The position numbers and the translations under genes are program-made. The notes below the pieces were generated by a model that was not told the origin of the DNA, did not search any database, and saw only the letters and a program-made list of their open reading frames with translations. A stretch of DNA of 42,109 bases from Candidatus Kapaibacterium sp. Its GTDB lineage: Bacteria; Verrucomicrobiota; Verrucomicrobiia; Limisphaerales; UBA9464. Below, piece by piece: positions 17,741 to 25,919 of the stretch (its first letter is position 1; each line of letters opens with the position of its first letter). The DNA lies in NCBI GenBank assembly GCA_044339945.1, contig JBIIUN010000002.1, positions 1 to 42,109 on the forward strand. The letters are read 5' to 3'.

Positions 17741-19156
17741 TCAGGCAGGCACGGGCTCGGGCCGGGTGTCGCGGAGGGTAAGTTGGCGGACCAGCGCCTC
17801 GACCACGCGTTCCAAACGGCTGGAGCGGGAGGCCTTCACCAGCACGCAGTCGCCGGGTTCCAGGCAGTGGAACAGGGCCTCCACCGCCAGCTCAAACGAC
17901 GCGAAGGCCCGGGCGCGGTCGCCGGCCTCGGCAGCGGTGAGCTGCGCGTTGCGCCCGATGGCGAAGACTAGGTCGAGGCCTAGTTCCGCGGAAAGCCGCC
18001 CGACCTCCCGATGCGCGGTCTCGGTGGCGATTCCCAGTTCCGCCATATCGCCGAGCACCGCCACACGGCGGCCCGAACACGGGAGGTCGGAGAGAGTCCG
18101 CAACGCCGCCGCGACCGAGTCGGCATTGGCATTGTAGGTGTCGTCGATGAGACGCACCCCGGCGGCTTCGCGCAGGTTGAGGCGCTGCTTCGCCGGTGAA
18201 AATTCCGCCAGGCCGTCGCGGGCGGCAGTGGGTTCCACCCCCAACTGACACGCAACCGCCAGTGCATATAGCGCGTTGGGCACTGAATGACGGCCTGGCA
18301 AAGGGACATGATACTCGCCGCTCCAACGAGGATTCGGCGCGTTCACGGAAAACGTGGTGCCGGTCCAATCCATGGACCGGAGTTCGGCCCGCCAGTCGTT
18401 GGCGGGTCCAAAGCCGACTCGGATCACCTGCGCGGCGGTGCGGGCGATCAGATCCCCGACAAACGGTGAATCGCCGGGCACCAGCAGGCAGCCCCCCTGC
18501 CCCGCGGCCGGCAGTAACTGTGGCAGCCAGCCTTCCTCCTGCACGACCCCGGCCAGATCAACGAAATGTTCGAGGTGTTCCCGGCCGATGCTGGTGACGA
18601 TCCCGATTCGGGGGGCGATCAGGCGGATGAGCGGGGCGAGTTCACCGGGATGATTCGTGCCGGCTTCCAGCACCGCCGCCTGGTGCGACCGGTCCAATTG
18701 CAACAACGTCGCGGGCACGCCGATGTCGTTGTTGAAGCTGGCCTCGCTCTTGAGCACCGGAAACGCCCGCCCCAGCACCGCGGCCAGAAGTTCCTTCGTC
18801 GTCGTCTTGCCGTTCGAGCCGCCCACGCAGATGACGGGCAGTTCAAATTCCCCGCGGTAAAATCCGGCGATGGCGCCATACGCGGTCCGCGGGTCCTCCA
18901 CCACGATCGCCGGCAAACCTGCCGGCAGTTTCGCCAACTGCGCGCGCGCCACCACGACGCCGGCCACGTCCTTGGCGGCCACTTCGCCGAGGAAGTCGTG
19001 CGCGTCGAACCGTTCGCCTTTCAACGCGACGAACAGGTCCCCGGGGGCCGCCTGCCGCGAGTCGGTCTGCACGCGCCGCACCGGCGTCGCCGGCGAACCG
19101 GAACGCAGTTCACCACTGCAGGCGGTGGCAAAGTAGTGCAGAGGGCGGGTTTCCAT
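17741..19156 (-). CDS. murF: UDP-N-acetylmuramoyl-tripeptide--D-alanyl-D-alanine ligase
   Basis: Intact P-loop VGGSNGKTTTKELL, with DDTYNANADS and LGDMAELG motifs; 471 aa. Confidence 0.9.
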   Translation of the reverse strand: METRPLHYFATACSGELRSGSPATPVRRVQTDSRQAAPGDLFVALKGERFDAHDFLGEVAAKDVAGVVVARAQLAKLPAGLPAIVVEDPRTAYGAIAGFYRGEFELPVICVGGSNGKTTTKELLAAVLGRAFPVLKSEASFNNDIGVPATLLQLDRSHQAAVLEAGTNHPGELAPLIRLIAPRIGIVTSIGREHLEHFVDLAGVVQEEGWLPQLLPAAGQGGCLLVPGDSPFVGDLIARTAAQVIRVGFGPANDWRAELRSMDWTGTTFSVNAPNPRWSGEYHVPLPGRHSVPNALYALAVACQLGVEPTAARDGLAEFSPAKQRLNLREAAGVRLIDDTYNANADSVAAALRTLSDLPCSGRRVAVLGDMAELGIATETAHREVGRLSAELGLDLVFAIGRNAQLTAAEAGDRARAFASFELAVEALFHCLEPGDCVLVKASRSSRLERVVEALVRQLTLRDTRPEPVPA

Positions 19157-19389
19157 GTCGGATCGGATCGAAATGAGTTCTCGCTGACCTCCGCGGCAGC
19201 CGCCACCCGCTGCTGGGGTTGGGGGGACCGGAGGATTGGATGGCGGCGGCCTGGGGATCAGCGGGGACTCATTTCAAAGCAGCGCGAGCAGGCACAGCGC
19301 GCACAGCAACAGGCGGGCGGCAAAGCTCCAGGTGAGGTGGTCGTGCAGGGTTTGTAGGGTCATGGGAGGGCTGGTTTGGCGGGACGAAA

Positions 19390-20151
19390 TCAATCGAGCA
19401 GGAAGGCGGCGTTGACGACGGCGGTGACCGTCTTCTGGCGGGACGTGGTATCGTTCATGCCGTCCCAACTGGCTTGGGTGCTGTAGAGCGGGGTGATCTG
19501 GAATACGCCCATGCGGGCCGAACGCAGCCGGGCAATGCGGCGATCGCCCTGCCCCGCGATCTGGCCGGCGCGGGCCTTCGCATCTTGGGTCGCCTCGGCG
19601 AGCATCTCGATCTTGGCCTCGCCGGCCTGCGTGTAGATGAAGTCGGGCGAAAGCGCGGTGAAGACCACCCCGGCCTCCAGCAAGGCGACCGTCGAACGAT
19701 CCATCGCCAACACGCCGTCGATGTTGCCGCTCCGGATTTCCAACGCCTGGGTCAGGCGATAGCCAACCGTCTTCTGGCGGGCCGTTTCCTCGCCGCCTTC
19801 GTTCTGGACCTGTCGTGCCTGAAGTTCGGTGATCGCGATGGAGTTGAAGCTGGCGTTCGTGAACCCGTGCTGGGCCAGGAAGCCTTCCACCTTGCGCCGA
19901 TCCTCGGCGAGCCGCCGCTGCGCCTCCAGCAACGTGGGCTGTTCGGTCGCGAAGGACCCGCGCCACGCGATCAGGTCCGCCTCCACATTGCGCCGGGCAG
20001 AGCCCGTCACCGTGATGGCTTCCGATTCGGAGATCTTGAGCCAGGCGCGGGTGAACACCATCGCCGACAGGACCAATCCGGCCGCGAGGAAAAGCCCGGC
20101 GAGCAAGCCCAGCAGGTGCGGCCGGCTGGCCGGAGTCGCGGCGGAATTCAC
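19390..20151 (-). CDS. SIMPL-domain (DUF541, BP26/YggE-like) protein with N-terminal membrane anchor
   Basis: TM helix LLGLLAGLFLAAGLVLSAMVF is followed by ITVTGSARRNVEADLIAWRGSF... and ...GYRLTQALEIRS... segments that resemble the SIMPL family. The GTG start overlaps the stop of the murE-like gene (GTGA). Confidence 0.65.
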   Translation of the reverse strand: MNSAATPASRPHLLGLLAGLFLAAGLVLSAMVFTRAWLKISESEAITVTGSARRNVEADLIAWRGSFATEQPTLLEAQRRLAEDRRKVEGFLAQHGFTNASFNSIAITELQARQVQNEGGEETARQKTVGYRLTQALEIRSGNIDGVLAMDRSTVALLEAGVVFTALSPDFIYTQAGEAKIEMLAEATQDAKARAGQIAGQGDRRIARLRSARMGVFQITPLYSTQASWDGMNDTTSRQKTVTAVVNAAFLLD

Positions 20152-21449
20152 AGGTCACCTCCGAATCCGCGCAGAGCCAGCGCCTCGACCGCGTGGGCCG
20201 CATCGTCAAACGGCCCGACGGTGCCGGCGACTTCTTGGGTGCGCCGGTGCCCCTTGCCGGCAAGCAGCACCACATCATTGGCGCGGGCAAACCGGATGGC
20301 GCGCTCGATGGCCTGCGCCCGGTCCGCCTCGATCACAAACTTCGCCCGGCTGGTGGCCGGCACGAAATCGGCCAGCAGCAGCTCCGGCGAAAAGTCTCCC
20401 GGATTGTCCGAGGTGGCGAACACCACGTCCGCTTCCCCGGCGGCAGTTCCCTGCCCGCGACGTTGTTCGGCAGTGACCTCCGACATGGGCCCCGCGACTA
20501 CGATGATGCGCCCGGTCGTAACTGCGCGCAGCTCACGGATGGCCACCGTCAGTTCGCAGGCCGTGCGGGCGGCATCGACGAACACACCGAAGGGTTGGCC
20601 CGCGCTGACCGGCTCAAGGAATCCCGGCGCGCCGGACAGGGTCGGCAACGCACCGATCACCCGGTCATGCCGGATGCCGAGGCGCAGCAACACCCCGAGC
20701 GCGGAACGAAGTGCCGCGGCATTGCCGGCACCGACGAGCGGAGTCGAGACGCGCAGGCCATTCAAGACCAGCCGGCTGCCGCGCCAACTGAAGGCATCCT
20801 GCGGTTCCGGGCGGGCCACTTCGGCGACCGTCTCGGCGCAGGCCAGACGCCCCCAACGATGCGCGTGCACCGCGGGTTGCTGCACAACGCAGGCGCTGCC
20901 CCCGGCATGTCGATGCACATCCAGGAGCCGATGCAGCTCGAAGGCATCCAACTGGGAAGCCGCCAGCGGGAGTTCGCGCCCCCCGGCTTCGCAACCCAGC
21001 TCGCCGATCACCGCCGTCTTCGCGCCGGCGACCCGCAGCAACCGGGACAGGAGCCAAGTCACGTTGGTGGCCGCACAGCGGGTTTCCCCGGCGACGGCCG
21101 TGGCGCATTCCACGCCGACCAGCGAAAGCAGCTTGGCCGGGTGGCCAAAGTAGGCCGCGGCCGCCTGGGCGAAGGCCGCACCGGAGTCCTGCACCTCGAT
21201 GCGCGGGACATTCGGCGGCACCATCGTGCCTGGCTCGCAGATCACGGCCGACGCCCCGCGGGCCACGGCCGTGAAGGACGCAAACGGATTCTCCCGGCTC
21301 CGGTCGTTGAGGCACACGAACACGGAACCCTGGGTGACCCGGGTCGGATCCTGGGTCAGGCCCTGCACCACCGCCTCGCGCACGTCGCGGGAATGCGGCG
21401 TGGCGAAACGGGCACTGGGAACTTGGGCGATGACGTCGCGGAGCAGCAT
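20148..21449 (-). CDS. MurE-like Mur-ligase homolog lacking the canonical ATP-binding/catalytic motifs
   Basis: It occupies the murE position (after ftsI, before murF). The N-domain is MurE-like (TQDPTRVTQGSVFVC...ARGASAVICE) and so is the C-terminus (TSDNPG..., VVLLAGKGHRRTQ). The P-loop position reads AGETRCAAT instead of GTNGKTT. Confidence 0.7.
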   Translation of the reverse strand: MLLRDVIAQVPSARFATPHSRDVREAVVQGLTQDPTRVTQGSVFVCLNDRSRENPFASFTAVARGASAVICEPGTMVPPNVPRIEVQDSGAAFAQAAAAYFGHPAKLLSLVGVECATAVAGETRCAATNVTWLLSRLLRVAGAKTAVIGELGCEAGGRELPLAASQLDAFELHRLLDVHRHAGGSACVVQQPAVHAHRWGRLACAETVAEVARPEPQDAFSWRGSRLVLNGLRVSTPLVGAGNAAALRSALGVLLRLGIRHDRVIGALPTLSGAPGFLEPVSAGQPFGVFVDAARTACELTVAIRELRAVTTGRIIVVAGPMSEVTAEQRRGQGTAAGEADVVFATSDNPGDFSPELLLADFVPATSRAKFVIEADRAQAIERAIRFARANDVVLLAGKGHRRTQEVAGTVGPFDDAAHAVEALALRGFGGDL

Positions 21450-21452
21450 GGG

Positions 21453-23567
21453 TCAGTTGGTCGAGCCAGGGTGGGAATTGAGGTTCAACACCACTCCATT
21501 GGTGCCCAACAGCGACGGACGGAGGCCCAGGTAGCTGGCCGTGGCCGTCGCAATTTGGTGGAAGACCGGCGCGCAAGCCTTGCCGCCGTAGTAGGACTTG
21601 CCCTTCGTCGTCGGCTCATCGGCATTCACCATGATGACCAACTCCGGATTGTCGGCGGGCAGGAAGCCGACGAAGGACGCATAGTAGTGGGTCGAGGAAT
21701 ACTTGCGATCCACGACCTTCTTGGCGGTTCCGGTCTTGCCCGCGACGGCGAACTCTTCCATCGCCGCCTGGCCACCGGTGCCCTCCTCGACCGCGGTCCG
21801 CATGATGCGCACCATCTGCTTCGCCGTGTCGCTGGTGACGACCCGTCGCACCTGCGTGGGCTCGAACTTGGTGACGACCTCGCCATTGCCGCGCTCAAGG
21901 CCGACCACGATCCGCGGACGCATCAGCACCCCGTCGTTGGCAATCGCCGCGGTGGCCATCGCGGTCTGCAACGGGGTCGCGTAGAACCCGTAGCCAAAGG
22001 GCAGGCTGCTGGAAGTCAGGCCATCCCAGGAGCCAATTCCGCCCGCGGATTCGCCGTATCCCCGGCGGATGTGGAGCTGGCCCCGCACGAAGTTCGTGCT
22101 GGCCGAGAATTCGCCGCACTCGATGCCCGAGCGAGTGAGGAACCCAAAGTCGCGCATGTAGCGCAGGAACGTGTTGGTGTTCATCCGCAGGCCGATCTTT
22201 ACGGCCCCGACGTTGGACGATTTGGCGAATGCGGTCTCAACCGAGACGTCGTCCATATAGTGACCCTGGTCGTCGCTGATAACCCGGCGCGTGCCGGGGA
22301 CGTTCCAGCGGCCATGCTCGCAGTCGATGCGTTCGTCGGGCTTGATCAAGCCTTCGTTCAGCGCGGCGGCGTAGGTCACGATCTTGAAGGTGGAACCCGG
22401 TTCCGCGGGCACCTTGAGCGCGCGGTTGAGCATCGCCTCGAGCGACGGGATGCGCCCCGTGTTGGGGTCGTAGGTGGGACGATTCGCCAAGGCCAGCACG
22501 TCGCCGGTCTTCGGATTGAGGACAATCGCCGAAATGCTCTTGGGTTGCAGTGCGGCGTAGGCCTCGTCGAGGGCCTGTTCCACGAAGCTCTGGATGTTGA
22601 GGTCGATCGTGCTGCGCACGTTGAGGCCGTCGATCGGGGCGACATCCCGGGCCCGGAGCGGGACCAGTTCGTCGTTGCCGACCTTGTGGGTCACAAGAAC
22701 GCCGTGCGAACCCTGCAGTTCCGCATCAAATCGCTGCTCCAAACCCTGCGCCCCCAGCAGCCGCCACGGCACCTGGGACTGGCTGCGTTGGGCCGCCACG
22801 CTGTTGGTCGCGTATCCGAGGACGTGCGCCGCGAGATGGGCGTTGGGATACACCCGAACTTCGACCACTTCCGGGTAGAGCCCATTGACCCGGCATTCGA
22901 GCGAGTTGGTCTTCAGGTAGTTCAGCCGCGGATTGATTTCGCGCATCGTTGCCGACCGGACCTTCTTGGCGGCGAGGAATGCCTTCAGGTTCCACCAACC
23001 GGCTTCCTCAACGCTTCGCTGATAGGCGAGGTTCGCGTTGGTCCGGGCGAGGAGCAGCGCCCGCTCTTCGGCGAAGCGGTTCGTCCGCAGCATTTCCTCG
23101 AGGTCGACCCAACGGGAATACGGCAGGTTGGTGGTGATGCCGTTGTTGCGGCGAACCTTCTGCACGGTCACCCAGTTGGTGGAGACGACCCCGGCGTTGG
23201 TCACCAACCGGCCTTCCCGCGCGGCGTAGTAGGCCGTTCGCATCCGTTCGGTGATGACCGCCGGCGGCAGCCCGATGAACGGCGAAATCAGCTCGGCCAT
23301 TTCCCCGCCAAACATGCCCAGCTTGAGCGGATCAGCCCGGACGGTGACCGTCAGGTCGGAGAGCACCATGGGCTGCCGGTTGACGTCGAGGATCGCGCCG
23401 CGCTTGGCGGGCCGGGGAAACGTCCGCTCCGTGCTTTCCATCGCGAACTGCGGCTCGATCGGCGCAATGGCCTGGATGAAGACCAGTCGGCCCGCGATGA
23501 CCGCAAACGCCACACAGAATCCCCAGGAGAGGATCCACATGCGGCGGCGGCTGAGGGAGGCGTCCAT
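21453..23567 (-). CDS. ftsI: Class B penicillin-binding protein / septal transpeptidase FtsI
   Basis: N-terminal TM helix, with SxxK (GSTFKIV), SxN (KSSNVG) and KTG (GKTGTAKK) motifs. It lies after ftsL in the dcw cluster. Confidence 0.88.
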   Translation of the reverse strand: MDASLSRRRMWILSWGFCVAFAVIAGRLVFIQAIAPIEPQFAMESTERTFPRPAKRGAILDVNRQPMVLSDLTVTVRADPLKLGMFGGEMAELISPFIGLPPAVITERMRTAYYAAREGRLVTNAGVVSTNWVTVQKVRRNNGITTNLPYSRWVDLEEMLRTNRFAEERALLLARTNANLAYQRSVEEAGWWNLKAFLAAKKVRSATMREINPRLNYLKTNSLECRVNGLYPEVVEVRVYPNAHLAAHVLGYATNSVAAQRSQSQVPWRLLGAQGLEQRFDAELQGSHGVLVTHKVGNDELVPLRARDVAPIDGLNVRSTIDLNIQSFVEQALDEAYAALQPKSISAIVLNPKTGDVLALANRPTYDPNTGRIPSLEAMLNRALKVPAEPGSTFKIVTYAAALNEGLIKPDERIDCEHGRWNVPGTRRVISDDQGHYMDDVSVETAFAKSSNVGAVKIGLRMNTNTFLRYMRDFGFLTRSGIECGEFSASTNFVRGQLHIRRGYGESAGGIGSWDGLTSSSLPFGYGFYATPLQTAMATAAIANDGVLMRPRIVVGLERGNGEVVTKFEPTQVRRVVTSDTAKQMVRIMRTAVEEGTGGQAAMEEFAVAGKTGTAKKVVDRKYSSTHYYASFVGFLPADNPELVIMVNADEPTTKGKSYYGGKACAPVFHQIATATASYLGLRPSLLGTNGVVLNLNSHPGSTN

Positions 23568-23570
23568 GGT

Positions 23571-23963
23571 CTAGCGCGGAATCGCCGTGGCGAGTTGTCC
23601 GGACCGCAATGAAGGCGCCGACGGTGCCGGCTGCGTGGAGGTCACAGCCAACGAGGGGGACGGCAGCGGGACGAACAACCGTTGGCTTGCCGAAATCTTG
23701 GTCAGGCCCAACGCCTCCGCCTTGCGGATGAGTTCCAGCGGCGAACTCCGCTGGGCGAGCAGGATGGCGTGGAAATTCGTCTGCCGGCGCAACTCGGCGA
23801 CCCGGGTCTCCAGTTGCCGTTTCTGGGCACCTAGCCGCGTATGCGCCCGGCGTTGCAGCACGAAGCCCATCACCATCGTGGCGATGATGCCGACCGACAG
23901 GGCGAACAGCGCATAGTTACGCAACTGCTGTGCGCGGACGTCTCGTTTTTGGTTCCGGGCCAT
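23571..23963 (-). CDS. ftsL: FtsL-like small bitopic division protein
   Basis: 130 aa with a single TM helix (YALFALSVGIIATMVMGFVL) followed by a coiled-coil-like segment. The call rests mainly on position, between rsmH (adjacent stop/start) and ftsI. Confidence 0.55.
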   Translation of the reverse strand: MARNQKRDVRAQQLRNYALFALSVGIIATMVMGFVLQRRAHTRLGAQKRQLETRVAELRRQTNFHAILLAQRSSPLELIRKAEALGLTKISASQRLFVPLPSPSLAVTSTQPAPSAPSLRSGQLATAIPR

Positions 23964-24896
23964 TCAGATCCTTTCCAGCACCCGCAAGTGGGCGCTGCGG
24001 GAACGGGGGTTGGCGGCGAGTTCAGCCTCGCCGGGAAAAAAGGGTTTGCGCGTCACCAGGCGCCCCGGCGGTGTCCGCGGGATTCGCAGGTGGGGAAAGT
24101 CGGCTTCACCCGGCGGCAAGGAGTAATCCCGGGCCAGTTCCCGCATGAAGTCCTTCACGATGCGGTCTTCCAGCGAATGAAAGGTGATGACCCCGAGTCG
24201 GCCCTGCGGCTCCAGCATCCCGAAGGCGGCCGCGAGCCCGCGGCGCAGGACTTCCATTTCGTCGTTCACCACGATCCGGAGCGCCTGGAAGATCCGCGCG
24301 AGCCGGCCGGGCAATTGGTCCGTGCGGGGACAGGTCCGTTGGACCAGGCCCGCCAACTGCCGCGTTGTTTCGAACTTCACCATCTTGCGCTCCGTCTCGA
24401 TCGCCCGCGCGATCCGCCGTGATTCCCGCTCTTCGCCGTATTCCCAAAAAATCTTCGCCAACTCCTCAACCGACCATTGGTTCACGATGTCCGCTGCCGT
24501 CACCGCCGCCCGCTGGTCCATCCGCGAATCCAGCGGACCGTCCTGCTGGAACGAGAACCCACGGGCCCCGTGATCGATCTGAAAGCTCGACACGCCGCAG
24601 TCGATCAGCGCCCCGGCGCAGCTTCCGGCCGGCACCCAGCCCGCCGCCTCCGCAAAATTCATCCGGCGCAGCTCGAAGCGCCCGGCGAACGGCGCGAGCC
24701 GTTCAGTGGCCACCGCGATCGCGTCGCCATCCTGGTCGCACGCATACAGGAAGCCCGTCGGTGAGCTTTCCCGCAGCATCGCCCCGCTGTGCCCAGCGCC
24801 ACCACACGTGCCGTCGAAGAACGACTTCCCGGCCCGGGGCCGGAGATTCGCCAGCACTTCCGCCAGCAACACTGGTTGGTGAATGAAGGGGACCAC
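23964..24896 (-). CDS. rsmH: 16S rRNA (cytosine1402-N4)-methyltransferase
   Basis: HQPVLLAEVL, DGTCGGAGHS, DCGVSSFQID and ITFHSLEDRIVK are canonical RsmH/MraW motifs. Confidence 0.92.
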   Translation of the reverse strand: MVPFIHQPVLLAEVLANLRPRAGKSFFDGTCGGAGHSGAMLRESSPTGFLYACDQDGDAIAVATERLAPFAGRFELRRMNFAEAAGWVPAGSCAGALIDCGVSSFQIDHGARGFSFQQDGPLDSRMDQRAAVTAADIVNQWSVEELAKIFWEYGEERESRRIARAIETERKMVKFETTRQLAGLVQRTCPRTDQLPGRLARIFQALRIVVNDEMEVLRRGLAAAFGMLEPQGRLGVITFHSLEDRIVKDFMRELARDYSLPPGEADFPHLRIPRTPPGRLVTRKPFFPGEAELAANPRSRSAHLRVLERI

Positions 24897-24907
24897 TGCG
24901 CATGACC

Positions 24908-25330
24908 TCAGTCGGCTTTCACCACGAGCGAGTCGGTCCGCCGGTTCCGCAACCGGTTCCAGGCGTGGTCCTGGTCATCCCGCGGCGCGTCCTGCCGCGG
25001 AGTTTCCCAAAGCACCCTCGCCTTCGCCCGGGCCGGAGCCGGGTGATCGTCGTCCCGGAAATCGTTGCGAACCGGCTTCACCTTTTGCAGCAGCAGCTCG
25101 CCTTGCACCAGGCGCACGCTCTCGTGGCGGCGGGAGTTTCCGAACAGCCAGCCAAACCAGCTCTGCCGGCGTCGGCTGCTGGCCGGGGGCTTTGGCAACG
25201 CCGCCATCGGCGTCGGCGCATGAAGTTCCGGCTGCACCGGCGGAACCGAATCCCCGCCGGACGTCGCAAACGGATCGGAATTGGGCCGCAGCAGGCCGCG
25301 ACCGCGGTTCAGGAGAGAAGTCAGGTTCAT
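24908..25330 (-). CDS. Hypothetical protein (140 aa, Arg/Pro/Asp-rich) inserted between mraZ and rsmH
   Basis: It has the same strand as its neighbours. It starts 16 nt after the mraZ stop and ends 12 nt before the rsmH start. Third-codon positions are strongly G/C-biased, like neighbouring genes. I recognise no domain. Confidence 0.5.
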   Translation of the reverse strand: MNLTSLLNRGRGLLRPNSDPFATSGGDSVPPVQPELHAPTPMAALPKPPASSRRRQSWFGWLFGNSRRHESVRLVQGELLLQKVKPVRNDFRDDDHPAPARAKARVLWETPRQDAPRDDQDHAWNRLRNRRTDSLVVKAD

Positions 25331-25345
25331 GGGCGTCGTGGTGGC

Positions 25346-25846
25346 TTAGATGCGGCTGAAGGCGTTGGTGGAAAGGGCGGAATCCGTCTTGCGGCAGTCG
25401 TCGAGGGTTTCCTTGTTCCAAATCTCGAACTGGGTTCCCAAGCCCATGAAGTAGGCTTCCTTGCCCAATCCGACCTCCGAGACCATTTCGGCGGGCAAAC
25501 ACAGCCGGCCGGCCCCGTCGAGCTTCAGCTTCACGGCGTCTTCAAACAGGGCGCGCCGGAGCGCATCGGCCTCGGGGTCGCCCAAGCGCATCGCGTCGAC
25601 CTTCCGGACCAAATCCCGATAAACCCGCTGGGTAAACCCTTTGATGCACGCCTTCTTGCGTCCGGAGGGCTGGTGCGGCCAAATGCAGAGCATGAAGACG
25701 AAATTGGGATCGTTCGGCCGCCAGTCGGCCGGCATCTGGACGCGCGCCTGGGTGTCCAGCTTGTGCGTGAAACGCCAGGTAAACTCCGGCTCGTCCGCGG
25801 TCGGACCGGGGACGGCGCTGGTTGCGCTGGCGGGAATTTCTGACAT
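25346..25846 (-). CDS. mraZ: Transcriptional regulator MraZ
   Basis: Two SpoVT/AbrB-like repeats are present (HKLDTQARVQMPADWR and LKLDGAGRLCLPAEMV). It is the first gene of the dcw cluster. Confidence 0.85.
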   Translation of the reverse strand: MSEIPASATSAVPGPTADEPEFTWRFTHKLDTQARVQMPADWRPNDPNFVFMLCIWPHQPSGRKKACIKGFTQRVYRDLVRKVDAMRLGDPEADALRRALFEDAVKLKLDGAGRLCLPAEMVSEVGLGKEAYFMGLGTQFEIWNKETLDDCRKTDSALSTNAFSRI

Positions 25847-25880
25847 GGAACCACCGTTTAATCCAAATTGCTCCTGACAA

Positions 25881-25905
25881 CCCCTGTTTAACCCTAGCTA
25901 CCCCT
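25881..25905 (-). promoter_or_regulatory. Candidate MraZ operator: three direct AGGGK pentamers at 10-bp spacing
   Basis: Minus strand reads AGGGG-TAGCT-AGGGT-TAAAC-AGGGG, 35-59 nt upstream of the mraZ ATG. A TTGACG (-35-like) hexamer sits at 25915..25910, immediately upstream. Confidence 0.5.
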
Positions 25906-25919
25906 TTTCCGTCAACGCT

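Noticed and set aside
20193-23612. 1139-aa plus-strand ORF spanning the murE-like gene and ftsI
   Set aside because: Same reasoning. It is antisense to ftsI, which has intact SxxK/SxN/KTG motifs, and its composition is a high-GC artefact.
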